This document shows, piece after piece, positions 40,932 through 51,217 of a stretch of DNA of 64,000 nucleotides; the stretch's first letter is position 1, and each line of letters opens with the position of its first letter. This stretch comes from Albidovulum sp. (lineage in GTDB: Bacteria; Pseudomonadota; Alphaproteobacteria; Rhodobacterales; Rhodobacteraceae), in the NCBI RefSeq assembly GCF_030837785.1, contig NZ_JAUQYA010000023.1. One strand, 5' to 3'. Under the pieces are notes generated by a model. That model was not told the origin of the DNA. It saw only the letters and a program-made list of their open reading frames with translations, and made no database searches. Both the position numbers and the translations under genes were made by a program.

Positions 40932-42197
40932 ATGGATCACTTTCTCTATCGCAACGGCGTGCTGCACGCCGAGGACGTGCCGATCCCCGAGATCGCGGCG
41001 GCGGTGGGAACGCCGTTCTACGTCTATTCCACGGCGACGCTGGAGCGGCATTACCGGCTTTTCGAGGAAGCGCTCGACGGGCTGCCGCATCTGATCTGCT
41101 TCGCGATGAAATCGAACGGCAACCTGGCGGTGGTCCGCACCCTCGCCCGGCTGGGCGCAGGCATCGACGTGGTCTCGGCGGGCGAATACCTGAAAGCGCG
41201 GGCGGCAGGCGTTCCGGGCGAACGCATCGTCTTTTCCGGCGTCGGCAAGACGCGGGAGGAGATGCGCACCGCGCTGGAGGGTGGCATCCGCCAGTTCAAC
41301 GTGGAAAGCGAACCCGAGATGCGGGCGCTGAACGAGGTGGCGCTGTCGCTGGGCGTTCGCGCGCCGATTGCGATCCGCGTCAACCCCGATGTGGACGCGA
41401 AGACGCACGAGAAGATCGCGACGGGCAAGAAGGAAAACAAGTTCGGCATCCCGATCGGCCGGGCCAGCGAGGTCTATGCCGAGGCCGCCGCTCTTCCCGG
41501 CCTCGACGTGGTGGGGGTCGACGTCCACATCGGCTCGCAGCTGACCGACCTTGCGCCGTTCGAGGAGGCCTATGCCAAGGTCGCCGACCTCACCCGGCGG
41601 CTGCGGGCCGAAGGGCATGACATCCGCCGTCTCGACCTCGGCGGCGGGCTGGGAATTCCCTACGAACGGACGAATGTCGCCCCGCCGCTGCCGCTCGACT
41701 ACGGCGCGGTGATCCGGCGCACCGTCGGCGATCTCGGCTGCGAGGTGGAGATCGAGCCCGGGCGGCTGATCTCGGGCAACGCGGGTTTGATGGTGGCGGG
41801 GGTGATCTATGTGAAATCGGGTGAGGAACGCGATTTCCTCATCCTCGACGCGGCGATGAACGACCTCGTCCGCCCCTCGATGTATGGCGCGCACCATGAC
41901 ATCGTGCCGGTGATCGAGCCCGCGCCGGGGGTGGAGCCGCATCCCTACGACATCGTCGGCCCGGTCTGCGAAACCGGCGACACCTTCGCCAGGCACCGTC
42001 TTCTGCCGCCCGTGGCCGAGGGCGATCTGGTCGCCTTCCGCTCGGCCGGCGCCTATGGGGCGGCGATGGCGTCGGAATACAACGCCCGCCCCCTGATCCC
42101 CGAAGTGCTGGTGCTTGGGCATCAATTCGCCGTCATTCGTGCCCGCCCCACCTATGACGAGATGATAAAGCGCGATAGCATCCCGCCGTGGCTCTGA
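40932..42197 (+). CDS. lysA: Diaminopimelate decarboxylase
   Basis: FAMKSN, HIGSQ, DLGGG, EPGR and GPVCETGD motifs. Confidence 0.96.
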   Translation: MDHFLYRNGVLHAEDVPIPEIAAAVGTPFYVYSTATLERHYRLFEEALDGLPHLICFAMKSNGNLAVVRTLARLGAGIDVVSAGEYLKARAAGVPGERIVFSGVGKTREEMRTALEGGIRQFNVESEPEMRALNEVALSLGVRAPIAIRVNPDVDAKTHEKIATGKKENKFGIPIGRASEVYAEAAALPGLDVVGVDVHIGSQLTDLAPFEEAYAKVADLTRRLRAEGHDIRRLDLGGGLGIPYERTNVAPPLPLDYGAVIRRTVGDLGCEVEIEPGRLISGNAGLMVAGVIYVKSGEERDFLILDAAMNDLVRPSMYGAHHDIVPVIEPAPGVEPHPYDIVGPVCETGDTFARHRLLPPVAEGDLVAFRSAGAYGAAMASEYNARPLIPEVLVLGHQFAVIRARPTYDEMIKRDSIPPWL

Positions 42198-42243
42198 CGC
42201 GCAATCCCGCGCGCGGGGCAAAGGCCGGAGGCCCGCCGACCGC

Positions 42244-44901
42244 GTGACGAAGATCAAGGCCCTTCCGCACGAGGCGCTCAGGCGCCTCGCATGGCCCGTG
42301 CGCCTGACGCGGGCCGGAATGGTGGCCGAACGGATCACGCGGGGCTTCTGGCCGGTCTGGACCATCCTCTTCGCGCTGATCGCGGCGCTCGCGTTCGGCG
42401 CGCAGGACCGGCTGCCGCTCGAGGCCGTGTGGATCGGCGGGGTGCTGGCGCTTCTCGGCCTTCTCTGGGCGCTTGTCCACGGCATCCGCCGCTTCCGCTG
42501 GCCGACCGAGGCCGAGGCGCTCGACCGGCTCGACCGGACCCTGCCGGGCCGGCCGATCTCGGCCCTTTCCGACAGCCTCGCGCTTGGCGGGGGCGATGCC
42601 GGCACGGCCTCGGTCTGGCGGGCGCATGTGGCCCGGATGGCCGAGCGCGCCCGCAAGGCCCGCGCGCCCGCGCCCGACCTGCGCATCGCCGCGCGCGACC
42701 CCCTCGCGCTGCGCTATGTCGCGCTGACGGCGCTGGTCATGGCGGCGCTCTTCGGCTCGCTCTGGCGGGTGGCCGAGGCGCCGGGCCTGGTGCGGCCGGG
42801 CGGCGGCGCGGATGCCGCCACGGGACCGACATGGGAGGGCTGGGCGGAGCCGCCGGCCTATACCGGGAAACCGGGTCTTTACCTCAACACCGTGCCCGAG
42901 GGGGTGCTGGAGTTGCCCGAGGGCAGCCGGATCACGCTGCGGCTCTATGGCGCGCCCGATGCGACCCCGGTGACGGAAAGCCTGTCGGGCCAGACACCCG
43001 CCCCCGCGCCGGAAGGCGCAGGGCCGGCCGAGACCGCGGCCGTGCGGGCGATGGAGTTCGAAGCGGTCCGGTCCGGCCGCCTGACCATCGGCGGCGCCGG
43101 GGGCCGGGACTGGCAGGTCACGATCCTGCCCGACGCGGCCCCCACCGTCGCCATCACCGGCGAGATCATGCGCGAAGCCGACGGCACCCTGTCGCAGCCC
43201 TTCACCGCGAAGGACGACTACGCCGTGACCGGGGGCCGCGCGATCATCGAGCTTGACCTTGCCGCGACCGACCGCCGCTTTGGGCTCGCGCCCGCACCGG
43301 AGCCGCGCGAGCCCCTCGTCTACGACCTGCCGATGCCGATCACCGGCAACCGCGCCGAGTTTGCCGAGGCGCTGGTCGAGGACGCCTCGAAGCACCCCTG
43401 GGCCAACCTGCCGGTGAAGATGACCTTCGAGGTGACCGACGGCCGTGACCAGACCGGGCGGAGCGCGACCGTCTCGCTGCCTCTGCCGGGGCGGCGGTTC
43501 TTCGACCCGGTGGCGGCGGCGCTGATCGAGATGCGGCGCGATCTTCTGTGGGCGCGCGACAACGGCGCGCGCGTCAGCCAGATCCTCCGCGCGCTGACCC
43601 ACCGGCCCGAGGGGCTGATCCGCAACGAACGCGCCTATCTCATGCTTTCGGTAGCGATCCGCCGGCTCGATGCCGCGCTCGCGCAGGGCCGGCTGTCGCC
43701 CGACATGCGCGACGAGACCGCCGAGGCGCTCTGGTCGGTCGCCGAGCTGATCGAGGATGGCGGGCTTTCGAACGCACTCGAACGGATGCAGCAGGCAGAG
43801 GAGCGGCTGTCGGAGGCGATCCGCAACGGCGCCTCGCCGGAGGAAATCCAGAAGCTGATGGACGAGTTGCGGGACGCCACCGACAACTACATCCGCAAAC
43901 TTGCCGAGAACATGGAGCGGAAGGGCGCCGACGAGCCGAGCCAGCAGGCCGACGCGGGCCAGCAGATCACCGGCGACCAGCTTCAGCAGATGATGGACGA
44001 GATCCAGCGCCTGATGGAGGAAGGCCGCATGGCCGAGGCGCAGGAACTGCTCGACCAGCTGTCCCGCATGATGGAGAACCTCCGCGTGACCGAAGGCCAG
44101 CCCGGCCAGAACGGCCAGCGCGGCCCCGGCGCCCAGGCGATGGAGAACCTGCGCCAGACGCTGCGCGACCAGCAGGACCTGTCGGACGAGGCGTTCCGCG
44201 ACATGCAGCAGGGCGGTCAGCAGCAAGGCGGCCAGCAGCAGGGGCAGGGGGGCGAACGCCAGCTTGGCCAGGAGGGGCAGGATGGCCAGCAGCCCGGCCA
44301 GGAGCCCGGCCAGCGCGGCGGCGGCGAGGCGCAGGACGGCCAGCAGCGCCGCGACGGCGAGGGCGGGCGGCCCGATTCCCTGCGGCCGGGCGAGGGTGGC
44401 GATCCCCGCAGCCTTGCCGACCGCCAGCAGTCGCTGCGCGAGACGCTGAGGCGGCAGGAAGGCGCGTTGCCGGGCGATCCCTCCGACGAACGCGACGCCG
44501 CGCGCCGGTCGCTGTCGGAGGCCGGCAGGGCGATGGAGGAGGCGGAACGCGCGCTGCGCCAGGGCGATACCTCGGGCGCGATCGACCGCCAGGCCGAGGC
44601 GATCGAGAACCTGCGCGAGGGGATGCGCAGCCTTGGCGATGCGCTCGCGCAGAACCAGCCGCAACAGCCCGGCAACCAAGGCGAAGCCGTCGGCGAGGCC
44701 GGGCGCGAGGCGCCGCATGATCCCCTTGGCCGCAGCACCGGCCAGTCGGGACGGATCGGGACCGACCAAGACCTGCTGCAGGGCCCCGACGTCTACCGGC
44801 GCGCGCGCGATCTTCTCGACGAAATCCGCCGCCGCTCTGGCGAACAGGCGCGGCCCTCGGAAGAACTCGACTATCTCAGGCGGCTGCTGGGGCGGTTCTG
44901 A
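42244..44901 (+). CDS. TIGR02302/DUF4175 family membrane protein
   Basis: WAEPPAYTGKP, DDYAV, HPWAN, a Q/G-rich region, DPLGR and ELDYLRRLL motifs; follows lysA. Confidence 0.9.
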   Translation: MTKIKALPHEALRRLAWPVRLTRAGMVAERITRGFWPVWTILFALIAALAFGAQDRLPLEAVWIGGVLALLGLLWALVHGIRRFRWPTEAEALDRLDRTLPGRPISALSDSLALGGGDAGTASVWRAHVARMAERARKARAPAPDLRIAARDPLALRYVALTALVMAALFGSLWRVAEAPGLVRPGGGADAATGPTWEGWAEPPAYTGKPGLYLNTVPEGVLELPEGSRITLRLYGAPDATPVTESLSGQTPAPAPEGAGPAETAAVRAMEFEAVRSGRLTIGGAGGRDWQVTILPDAAPTVAITGEIMREADGTLSQPFTAKDDYAVTGGRAIIELDLAATDRRFGLAPAPEPREPLVYDLPMPITGNRAEFAEALVEDASKHPWANLPVKMTFEVTDGRDQTGRSATVSLPLPGRRFFDPVAAALIEMRRDLLWARDNGARVSQILRALTHRPEGLIRNERAYLMLSVAIRRLDAALAQGRLSPDMRDETAEALWSVAELIEDGGLSNALERMQQAEERLSEAIRNGASPEEIQKLMDELRDATDNYIRKLAENMERKGADEPSQQADAGQQITGDQLQQMMDEIQRLMEEGRMAEAQELLDQLSRMMENLRVTEGQPGQNGQRGPGAQAMENLRQTLRDQQDLSDEAFRDMQQGGQQQGGQQQGQGGERQLGQEGQDGQQPGQEPGQRGGGEAQDGQQRRDGEGGRPDSLRPGEGGDPRSLADRQQSLRETLRRQEGALPGDPSDERDAARRSLSEAGRAMEEAERALRQGDTSGAIDRQAEAIENLREGMRSLGDALAQNQPQQPGNQGEAVGEAGREAPHDPLGRSTGQSGRIGTDQDLLQGPDVYRRARDLLDEIRRRSGEQARPSEELDYLRRLLGRF

Positions 44902-44929
44902 CCGCACGACTGCGCGGCCGCGAGCGGGA

Positions 44930-45808
44930 TCAGTCCGTTGCCCCCCCCTGGAGCGACTGGGTCAGCGACTGCATCCGCCCGTCGAGCCACTGGCGGCCGG
45001 CGTCGATCCCCTTGACGTAGAGCGACAGCGAGGGTTCGAGTGCGGGCAGCATGCGCGCCAGTGTCGGCGCCAGGACGTAGACGCCCAGGAGCAACGCGGC
45101 CGCAAGGAGCGCCGTCGAAAACCCCATGCGGAAGCCGCTTCGCCGCCGGGCGAGCGTCTCGGGTGCATCGAAGGCGGCGGCCTCGCCGCCGCGTTCGGAC
45201 GTGGCGCGGAGCGTGGAGTTGATCTCCTCGATGTCGGGCAGAAGCTCGCGCCGCGCCGCGCGGGAAACCAGCGCATCCTCGTCATAGTCCAGCGCATCGC
45301 CGCCAACCTTGGCCCCGCGGTCCCGGGGTGCTTCGCCTGCCCGTCCGCCGGTCGAGGCCGCCGCGCCGCCGATCGCGGCGGCAAGGCCGAGGTCGGGCTG
45401 GGTCTCGATCGGACCTCCCTCCGCGACCCGGGCCTGGGTCTCGCGCTCGGCCTCCTCGCGCAGCACGTTGCGCACCGCATCGTCGAGCGTCCGGCGCGCC
45501 CGTTCGGGAACGGGCATCTCCTCGGGCGCCTGCTCGGCCGGCTCTTCCGGCTCCTCATCGTGTTCGGCCCAGGCGGCGGAAGGTTCCGGCGCGACCTCGG
45601 CGGCGGCGGGCGCTGCGGCAGCAGGCGCCGGCGGCTCGGCCTCGGCCGGCGCGAGTGCTGCCTCCTCGGCCTCGTCGCCCAGCTGTCTGGCAGACCGTTG
45701 AAACCACGCGTGACCGCAATTCGAGCACTGGACATCGCGTCCGCCGTCGGGGATGACGCTCTCGTCCACTTCGTATTGCGCGCCACAGCTCGGGCAAATC
45801 AGACGCAT
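44930..45808 (-). CDS. MJ0042-type zinc-ribbon domain membrane protein
   Basis: CPSCGAQY...VQCSNCGHAW; acidic linker; LPDIEEINSTLR; C-terminal TM. Confidence 0.88.
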   Translation of the reverse strand: MRLICPSCGAQYEVDESVIPDGGRDVQCSNCGHAWFQRSARQLGDEAEEAALAPAEAEPPAPAAAAPAAAEVAPEPSAAWAEHDEEPEEPAEQAPEEMPVPERARRTLDDAVRNVLREEAERETQARVAEGGPIETQPDLGLAAAIGGAAASTGGRAGEAPRDRGAKVGGDALDYDEDALVSRAARRELLPDIEEINSTLRATSERGGEAAAFDAPETLARRRSGFRMGFSTALLAAALLLGVYVLAPTLARMLPALEPSLSLYVKGIDAGRQWLDGRMQSLTQSLQGGATD

Positions 45809-45976
45809 GGGTTTTCCATCTGCTCAACCAGTCACTGCACGGGTCGGGCCGTTCTGGCCTTCATTGTTGCATTGTTGTAGCAACGAAAGGCTTTCCGTCC
45901 AAGCGTTTGTGGCCGGGGTCGAAAAAACGGAAGACCGGCATGGCAAATTCGCCATGCCCGGGCGGAGGACAGGGCG

Positions 45977-46648
45977 GTGATCGAGTTCCAGGACGTGGCG
46001 CACGGCTATGGCGGCGGGCGGCTCCTGTCCGGGATGACGCTTTCGCTCGCGCCGGGGTCGTTCCACTTTCTCACCGGCCCTTCCGGGGCGGGCAAGTCCA
46101 CCTTCCTCAAGCTCTGCTACGGCGAGCTTTCGCCGGTTGCGGGCCGCGTCTCGCTGTTCGGCCAGAACCTCGCCGAGATGAACCGCGACGACATCGCGCG
46201 CCTCCGGCGCCGCGTCGGCGTGGTCCACCAGGACTGCCAGTTCCTTGACCACCTGCCGCTGACCGAGAACGTGGCCCTGCCGCTGACCGTCTCCGACCGC
46301 GCCGCCAACCCGTCCGAACTTGACGAGCTTCTGGCCTGGGTCGGGCTCTCCGGCCAGGCGGCCGCCCTGCCGCCGTCGCTTTCGGGCGGCGAACGCCAGC
46401 GCGCGGCGCTGGCGCGCGCCGTCATCATGTCGCCCGAGGTGCTTCTGGCCGACGAGCCGACGGGCAACCTCGACTGGGACATGTCGCTGCGGCTGCTCAC
46501 GCTTCTGGTGGAACTGAACCGGATGGGCACCGCGATCCTCGTCGCCACGCATGACATGAACCTCATCCGCGCCGCCAAGGCGCAGGTGCAGGCGCGCGTG
46601 CTGAGGATCCGCGGCGGACAGGTGCAGGTGGCGGGGGCGGAGCTGTGA
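45977..46648 (+). CDS. ftsE: Cell division ATP-binding protein FtsE
   Basis: GPSGAGKST, LSGGERQR and ADEPTGNLD motifs; upstream of ftsX. Confidence 0.92.
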   Translation: MIEFQDVAHGYGGGRLLSGMTLSLAPGSFHFLTGPSGAGKSTFLKLCYGELSPVAGRVSLFGQNLAEMNRDDIARLRRRVGVVHQDCQFLDHLPLTENVALPLTVSDRAANPSELDELLAWVGLSGQAAALPPSLSGGERQRAALARAVIMSPEVLLADEPTGNLDWDMSLRLLTLLVELNRMGTAILVATHDMNLIRAAKAQVQARVLRIRGGQVQVAGAEL

Positions 46649-47550
46649 GCGGCGGAGCGGCGCGCGCTGTCGCCATGCTGACGGGCGATCCGAGGGCCGA
46701 CCGGGTGGTGCCCCCTTCGGGCGCAGCGGCGCGGCTCACGGTGTTCGCCGCAGCCGCAATGGCCTTCCTCGCGGTCTTCGCGCTGGCGCTTTCGCTTGCC
46801 ACCGGCCGGCTTGCCGACCGCTGGTCGGAGGCACTGGCCCAGGGCGCGACGATCCGCATTTCGGCTGCCGCCGGGCAGATGCAGGCGCAGACGCAGCGCG
46901 TGCTCGACATCCTCGCGGTCACACCCGGCGTGGCCTCGGCCCGCGCGCTCGACGCGGCCGAGACGCGGGCGCTCCTCGCGCCGTGGTTCGGCGCGGACCT
47001 GCCGGTCGAGACCCTGCCGATCCCGCAGCTTGTGGAACTGCGCGAAGATGCCTCGGGCTTCGATGCCGAGGGGCTGCGGCTCAGGCTCGCGGCCGAGGTG
47101 CCGGGCGCGGCGCTCGACGACCATGCGCGCTGGCGCCGGCCGCTCGTGGCGGCGGCCGAACGGCTGCGGCTTCTTGGCCTCCTTTCGCTCGGCCTCATCG
47201 GCGGCGCCGCCGCGGCGATGGTGACGCTGGCCGCGCGGGCGGCGCTGGCGGCGAACGGCCAGGTGATCCGCGTCCTCAGGCTGATCGGGGCGCGCGACGC
47301 CTACATCGTCCGTGCCTTCGTCCGCCGCTTCACCCTGCGCACCTTGGGCGGCGCGTCGGCGGGCACCGCTCTGGGCGTGATCGCGGTCGCGTCCCTGCCG
47401 CGGGCGGACGAGGCCGGGGCGTTCCTCACCGGGCTCGGCTTCTCCGGCACCGGCTGGCTCTGGCCGCTGGCAATCCCGCCCGTCGCCGCTATCGTGGCCT
47501 TCTGGGCGACGCGGGAGGCCGCGCTCAGGACGCTGAGGGGGGTGCAATGA
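46645..47550 (+). CDS. ftsX: Cell division permease FtsX
   Basis: TM pattern; LLAPWFG, DDHARW and LRLIGA motifs. Confidence 0.9.
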   Translation: MSGGAARAVAMLTGDPRADRVVPPSGAAARLTVFAAAAMAFLAVFALALSLATGRLADRWSEALAQGATIRISAAAGQMQAQTQRVLDILAVTPGVASARALDAAETRALLAPWFGADLPVETLPIPQLVELREDASGFDAEGLRLRLAAEVPGAALDDHARWRRPLVAAAERLRLLGLLSLGLIGGAAAAMVTLAARAALAANGQVIRVLRLIGARDAYIVRAFVRRFTLRTLGGASAGTALGVIAVASLPRADEAGAFLTGLGFSGTGWLWPLAIPPVAAIVAFWATREAALRTLRGVQ

Positions 47551-48281
47551 GAACGGCGCTGCAATACGTCCTGTCGCTGATCTTCATCGTCCAGATGTAT
47601 CTGGCGATGGCGGCCTACGCGCTGTTCTGGACCCCGTTGGTCGTGTTTCGCCGCGATGCCGCCTTCGACGCGATCCATGCCTACTGCCGCTGGGTCCGCG
47701 CTTCGGCCGCGGTCCTCGTGGGCCTCAGGTCGGAAATCCGCGGCGACGTGCCCGAAGACGAGGTGCTGATCGCCGCCAAGCACCAGTCCTTCTTCGACAT
47801 CATCCTGATCGTCTCGGCGCTGCCGCGTCCGAAATTCATCATGAAGAAGGAGCTTCTCTGGGCCCCGATCGTCGGCTGGTATGCGACCCGCATCGGCTGC
47901 GTTCCGGTCGACCGCGGCCGCCGCGGCGAGGCGATGAAGAAGATGGTGGCCGACGTCAGGTCGGGCCTCGCCCAGCCGGGGCAACTCATCATCTACCCCC
48001 AGGGCACCCGCGTCGCCGCCGGGGCGCGGAAACCCTACAAGGTGGGCGTCGGCGTCCTTTATGCGCAGATCGGGCAGGATTGCGTGCCAGCCGCCACCAA
48101 TGTCGGCGTCTTCTGGCCGCGCCACGGCCTTCTGCGCAAGCCAGGCCTTGCCGTCGTTGAATTCCTGCCGCGGATTCCGGCGGGCCTCACGGTCGAGCAG
48201 TTCATGACGCGGATCGAGCCCGAGGTGGAGGGCGCCTCCGACCGCCTCATGGCCGAGGCCGGTTTCGGGGTGGGCGCATGA
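47547..48281 (+). CDS. 1-acyl-sn-glycerol-3-phosphate acyltransferase (PlsC family)
   Basis: KHQSFFD and YPQGTR motifs. Confidence 0.9.
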   Translation: MRTALQYVLSLIFIVQMYLAMAAYALFWTPLVVFRRDAAFDAIHAYCRWVRASAAVLVGLRSEIRGDVPEDEVLIAAKHQSFFDIILIVSALPRPKFIMKKELLWAPIVGWYATRIGCVPVDRGRRGEAMKKMVADVRSGLAQPGQLIIYPQGTRVAAGARKPYKVGVGVLYAQIGQDCVPAATNVGVFWPRHGLLRKPGLAVVEFLPRIPAGLTVEQFMTRIEPEVEGASDRLMAEAGFGVGA

Positions 48282-48838
48282 CCCGGTCGCAGATCGGCTG
48301 GCTTTCCGTCGCGCTGGTGGTCGTGGGTGCCGCGGCCCTGCTCCTGGCGATGGGGCGGGTGCCGATCTGCACCTGCGGCTATGTCAAGCTCTGGCACGGC
48401 GAGACCATGAGCAGCGAGAACTCGCAGCACCTGACGGACTGGTATACGCCCTCGCATGTGATCCACGGCATCCTCTTCTATGGCGCGCTCTGGTTCCTCG
48501 CGCCGCGGATGCCGATCGAATGGCGGCTCTTCCTCGCCACCCTCGTCGAGGCCGGGTGGGAGGTTCTCGAGAACACCGACCGGGTGATCGAGCGCTACCG
48601 CGCCGTGACCATCTCGCTCGACTACTTCGGCGACAGCGTGATCAATTCGGTCTTCGACATCCTGGCGATGTTCGTCGGGTTCTGGCTGGCGCGGAAGGCG
48701 CCGGTCTGGGTCAGCGTCGCCACGGTGATCGGCTTCGAGGCGCTGACGACATGGCTGATCCGCGACGGGCTCGCGCTCAACATCCTGATGCTGCTCTGGC
48801 CGCTCGACGCGGTGCGGGTCTGGCAGGGCGGGCTTTAG
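48278..48838 (+). CDS. DUF2585 (UPF0314) membrane protein
   Basis: [22 protein letters not shown] and IRDGLALN motifs. Confidence 0.9.
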   Translation: MTRSQIGWLSVALVVVGAAALLLAMGRVPICTCGYVKLWHGETMSSENSQHLTDWYTPSHVIHGILFYGALWFLAPRMPIEWRLFLATLVEAGWEVLENTDRVIERYRAVTISLDYFGDSVINSVFDILAMFVGFWLARKAPVWVSVATVIGFEALTTWLIRDGLALNILMLLWPLDAVRVWQGGL

Positions 48839-49794
48839 GCGGCGAGCCCCTTCGTCCCCATCGCCAGGAACTTCTCGCGCCGCTCGCGGACGAGATCGGC
48901 GGGCTTGCGGCCGGACAGGTCCGCCAGCAGCTCGCCGATGGCCTTGCCCACCGCCCGGATCGCATCCTCGCGCCTGCGCTGGGCGCCGCCGAGGGGCTCG
49001 GGGATGATCCGGTCGATCACGCCGAGCTTCAGCAGGTCCTGCGCCGTGAGCCTCAGCGCCATGGCGGCTTCCTTCATCCGCTCGGCATCCTTCCACAGGA
49101 TCGAGGCGCAGCCCTCGGGCGTGATCACCGAATAGATCGAATGCTCCAGCATCGCCACCCGGTTCGCGGTGGCAAGCGCCACCGCACCGCCCGACCCGCC
49201 CTCGCCGATGACCACGGAAATCAGCGGCACGCCGATCTGCAGGCATTTCTGCGTCGACCGCGCGATCGCTTCGGACTGGCCGCGCTCCTCGGCACCCTTG
49301 CCGGGATAGGCACCGGGCGTGTCGACGAGCGTCACGACCGGCAGGCGGAAGCGGTCGGCGAGGTCCATGAGGCGGATCGCCTTGCGATAGCCCTCGGGCC
49401 GCGCCATGCCGAAGTTGCGCTCGATCCGGGTCTTGGTGTCCGATCCCTTCTCCTGGCCGATCACCACCACCGGCTGGTCGTCGAACCGCGCCAGCCCGCC
49501 CATGATCGCGTGGTCCTCGGCGAAGTTGCGGTCGCCGGCAAGCGCGGTGAACTCGGTGAAGAGCGCGTCGACGTAGTCCTTGCAATGCGGCCGGTCGGGA
49601 TGGCGGGCGACCTGGCATTTCCGCCAGGGATCGAGGCTCTTGTAGAGGTCGCGCAGCATGTCCGCCGCCTTCTTGTCGAGCGCGGCCGCCTCCTTGGTGA
49701 CGTCCATCCCCTCGTTCTTGCGCGCGAGCGCCCTGAGCTCCTCCGCCTTGCCTTCGATCTCGGCCAGGGGTTTTTCGAATTCGAGGTAGTTCAT
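48835..49794 (-). CDS. accA: Acetyl-CoA carboxylase carboxyltransferase alpha subunit
   Basis: [22 protein letters not shown] and GEGGSGGA motifs. Confidence 0.97.
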   Translation of the reverse strand: MNYLEFEKPLAEIEGKAEELRALARKNEGMDVTKEAAALDKKAADMLRDLYKSLDPWRKCQVARHPDRPHCKDYVDALFTEFTALAGDRNFAEDHAIMGGLARFDDQPVVVIGQEKGSDTKTRIERNFGMARPEGYRKAIRLMDLADRFRLPVVTLVDTPGAYPGKGAEERGQSEAIARSTQKCLQIGVPLISVVIGEGGSGGAVALATANRVAMLEHSIYSVITPEGCASILWKDAERMKEAAMALRLTAQDLLKLGVIDRIIPEPLGGAQRRREDAIRAVGKAIGELLADLSGRKPADLVRERREKFLAMGTKGLAA

Positions 49795-49945
49795 GGCGCT
49801 CTCCCGCGGTGGGTCAAGGGACCGCTGTCAGGCGCCTATATGACGGGAGCCCCGGTCCATTGCAACCGCCGCGGGCCGCGGGGACCCCGGGGGGCCCCGA
49901 CCTCCGGCGGCAGTAGTCGCGGGACCGAAAGAAGAAGGGCGGCCA

Positions 49946-50020
49946 CGCTTTCTGTCCGGAAAATACTCTCGGGGGTGAATTGCCGCGCAAGCGGCAAGAG
50001 GGGGCCGACGGCCCCCTCTC
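49946..50020. repeat. REP-like intergenic palindromic element
   Basis: AAATACTCTCGGGGGT core followed by hairpins TTGCCGC-GCAA-GCGGCAA and GAGGGGGCC-GAC-GGCCCCCTC. Confidence 0.6.
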
Positions 50021-50027
50021 GTCGGGC

Positions 50028-50987
50028 TCAGCCGCGCGCGATCATCTCGGCCTGGCCGACGATGACCTCGGCCTGGCGGATCGAGGCGATGTCGACCAGG
50101 CGGCCCTTGTAGACCGCCGCGCCCGCACCCTCGGCCCTGGCGTTCGCCATCGCCGCGAGGATCTCGCGCGCCTCGGCGACCTTCGCCTCCGAGGGCGTGA
50201 ACACCTCGTTGGCGAGCGCCACCTGTTTGGGGTGGATCGCCCATTTGCCGACCATGCCGAGCGTCGCGGAGCGTTTCGCCTGGGCGATGAAGCCCGCATC
50301 GTCGGAGAAATCTCCGAACGGACCGTCAACGGGCAGCACGCCATGCGTGCGGCAGGCGGCGACGATGGCCGCCTGGGCCCAGTGCCAGGGGTCGGGCCAG
50401 TATTTCTGCCCCTCGCGGACCATGTAGTAGTCCTCCTGCGTGCCGCCGATGCCGGTGGTCTGCATGCCCATCGAGGCGGCGAAATCGGCTGCCCCGAGGC
50501 TCATCGCCTGGAGCCGGGGAGAGGCGGCGGCGATTTCCTCGACGTGGGCGATGCCGGCCGCCGTCTCGATGATCACCTCGAGGCTCACGGGCTTCGCGCG
50601 GCCCTTCGCCCGCTCGATCGCCGTGACCAGCGCATCGACCGCGTAAACGTCTGACGCGCAACCGACTTTCGGGATCATGATCTGGTCGATCCGGTCGCCG
50701 GCCTGCTCCAGCACCTCGACCACGTCGCGATACCAGAAGGGCGTGTCGAGGCCGTTGATGCGGACCGAGAGGTGCTTCGATCCCCAGTCGATGTCGTTGA
50801 TCGCCGCGATGATGTTCGCCCTCGCCTGCGGCTTGTCGTCGGGGGCGACGGAATCCTCGAGGTCGAGGTTGATCACGTCCGCCGCGCTTGCCGCCATCTT
50901 CTCGAAGAGCGCGGGCCGGGAGCCCGGGCCGAAGAGCTGGCAGCGGTTGGCGCGGGCGGGGGGGCTGGGCTGGATGCGGAAGCTCAT
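50028..50987 (-). CDS. mcl: L-malyl-CoA/beta-methylmalyl-CoA lyase
   Basis: RCQLFGPGS, DLEDSV, LGAADFAASMG and GKWAIHP motifs. Confidence 0.92.
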   Translation of the reverse strand: MSFRIQPSPPARANRCQLFGPGSRPALFEKMAASAADVINLDLEDSVAPDDKPQARANIIAAINDIDWGSKHLSVRINGLDTPFWYRDVVEVLEQAGDRIDQIMIPKVGCASDVYAVDALVTAIERAKGRAKPVSLEVIIETAAGIAHVEEIAAASPRLQAMSLGAADFAASMGMQTTGIGGTQEDYYMVREGQKYWPDPWHWAQAAIVAACRTHGVLPVDGPFGDFSDDAGFIAQAKRSATLGMVGKWAIHPKQVALANEVFTPSEAKVAEAREILAAMANARAEGAGAAVYKGRLVDIASIRQAEVIVGQAEMIARG

Positions 50988-51217
50988 GGCGGAATCCCTT
51001 CGCAAGGAAGTTTCGTGATCTGTCCCGGGTCGGATAGAATATTGCGCGCGAGCGCGCAAGCATCCTTTCGCAGGTGCAGAAAAGGCATGGCCCACGCCCG
51101 TCTGGCCGGCGTCGGTTTTTTGTCGGTTTTTTGTCGGCCATCCGTCCCGACACCCCGCCGCCGCTTGACCGACCCGGCCCGGGCGTGGAGAACCGGACGA
51201 AAGCGAAGGAGCCGACG

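Noticed and set aside
39186..42686. 1166-aa minus-strand ORF suggesting a giant fusion protein
   Set aside because: Only the last ~317 codons (HlyD) are real; the rest is a stop-free shadow of lysA and an off-frame reading of the TetR gene, typical of high-GC DNA
44090..44400. CAG/GGC-rich quasi-repeats
   Set aside because: These encode the Gln/Gly low-complexity linker normal for TIGR02302 proteins; not a DNA repeat array
42133..44907. 924-aa minus-strand ORF, and similar long antisense ORFs at 1944-3662, 16291-17958 and 23184-25301
   Set aside because: They mirror well-supported genes on the opposite strand and carry no recognisable motifs
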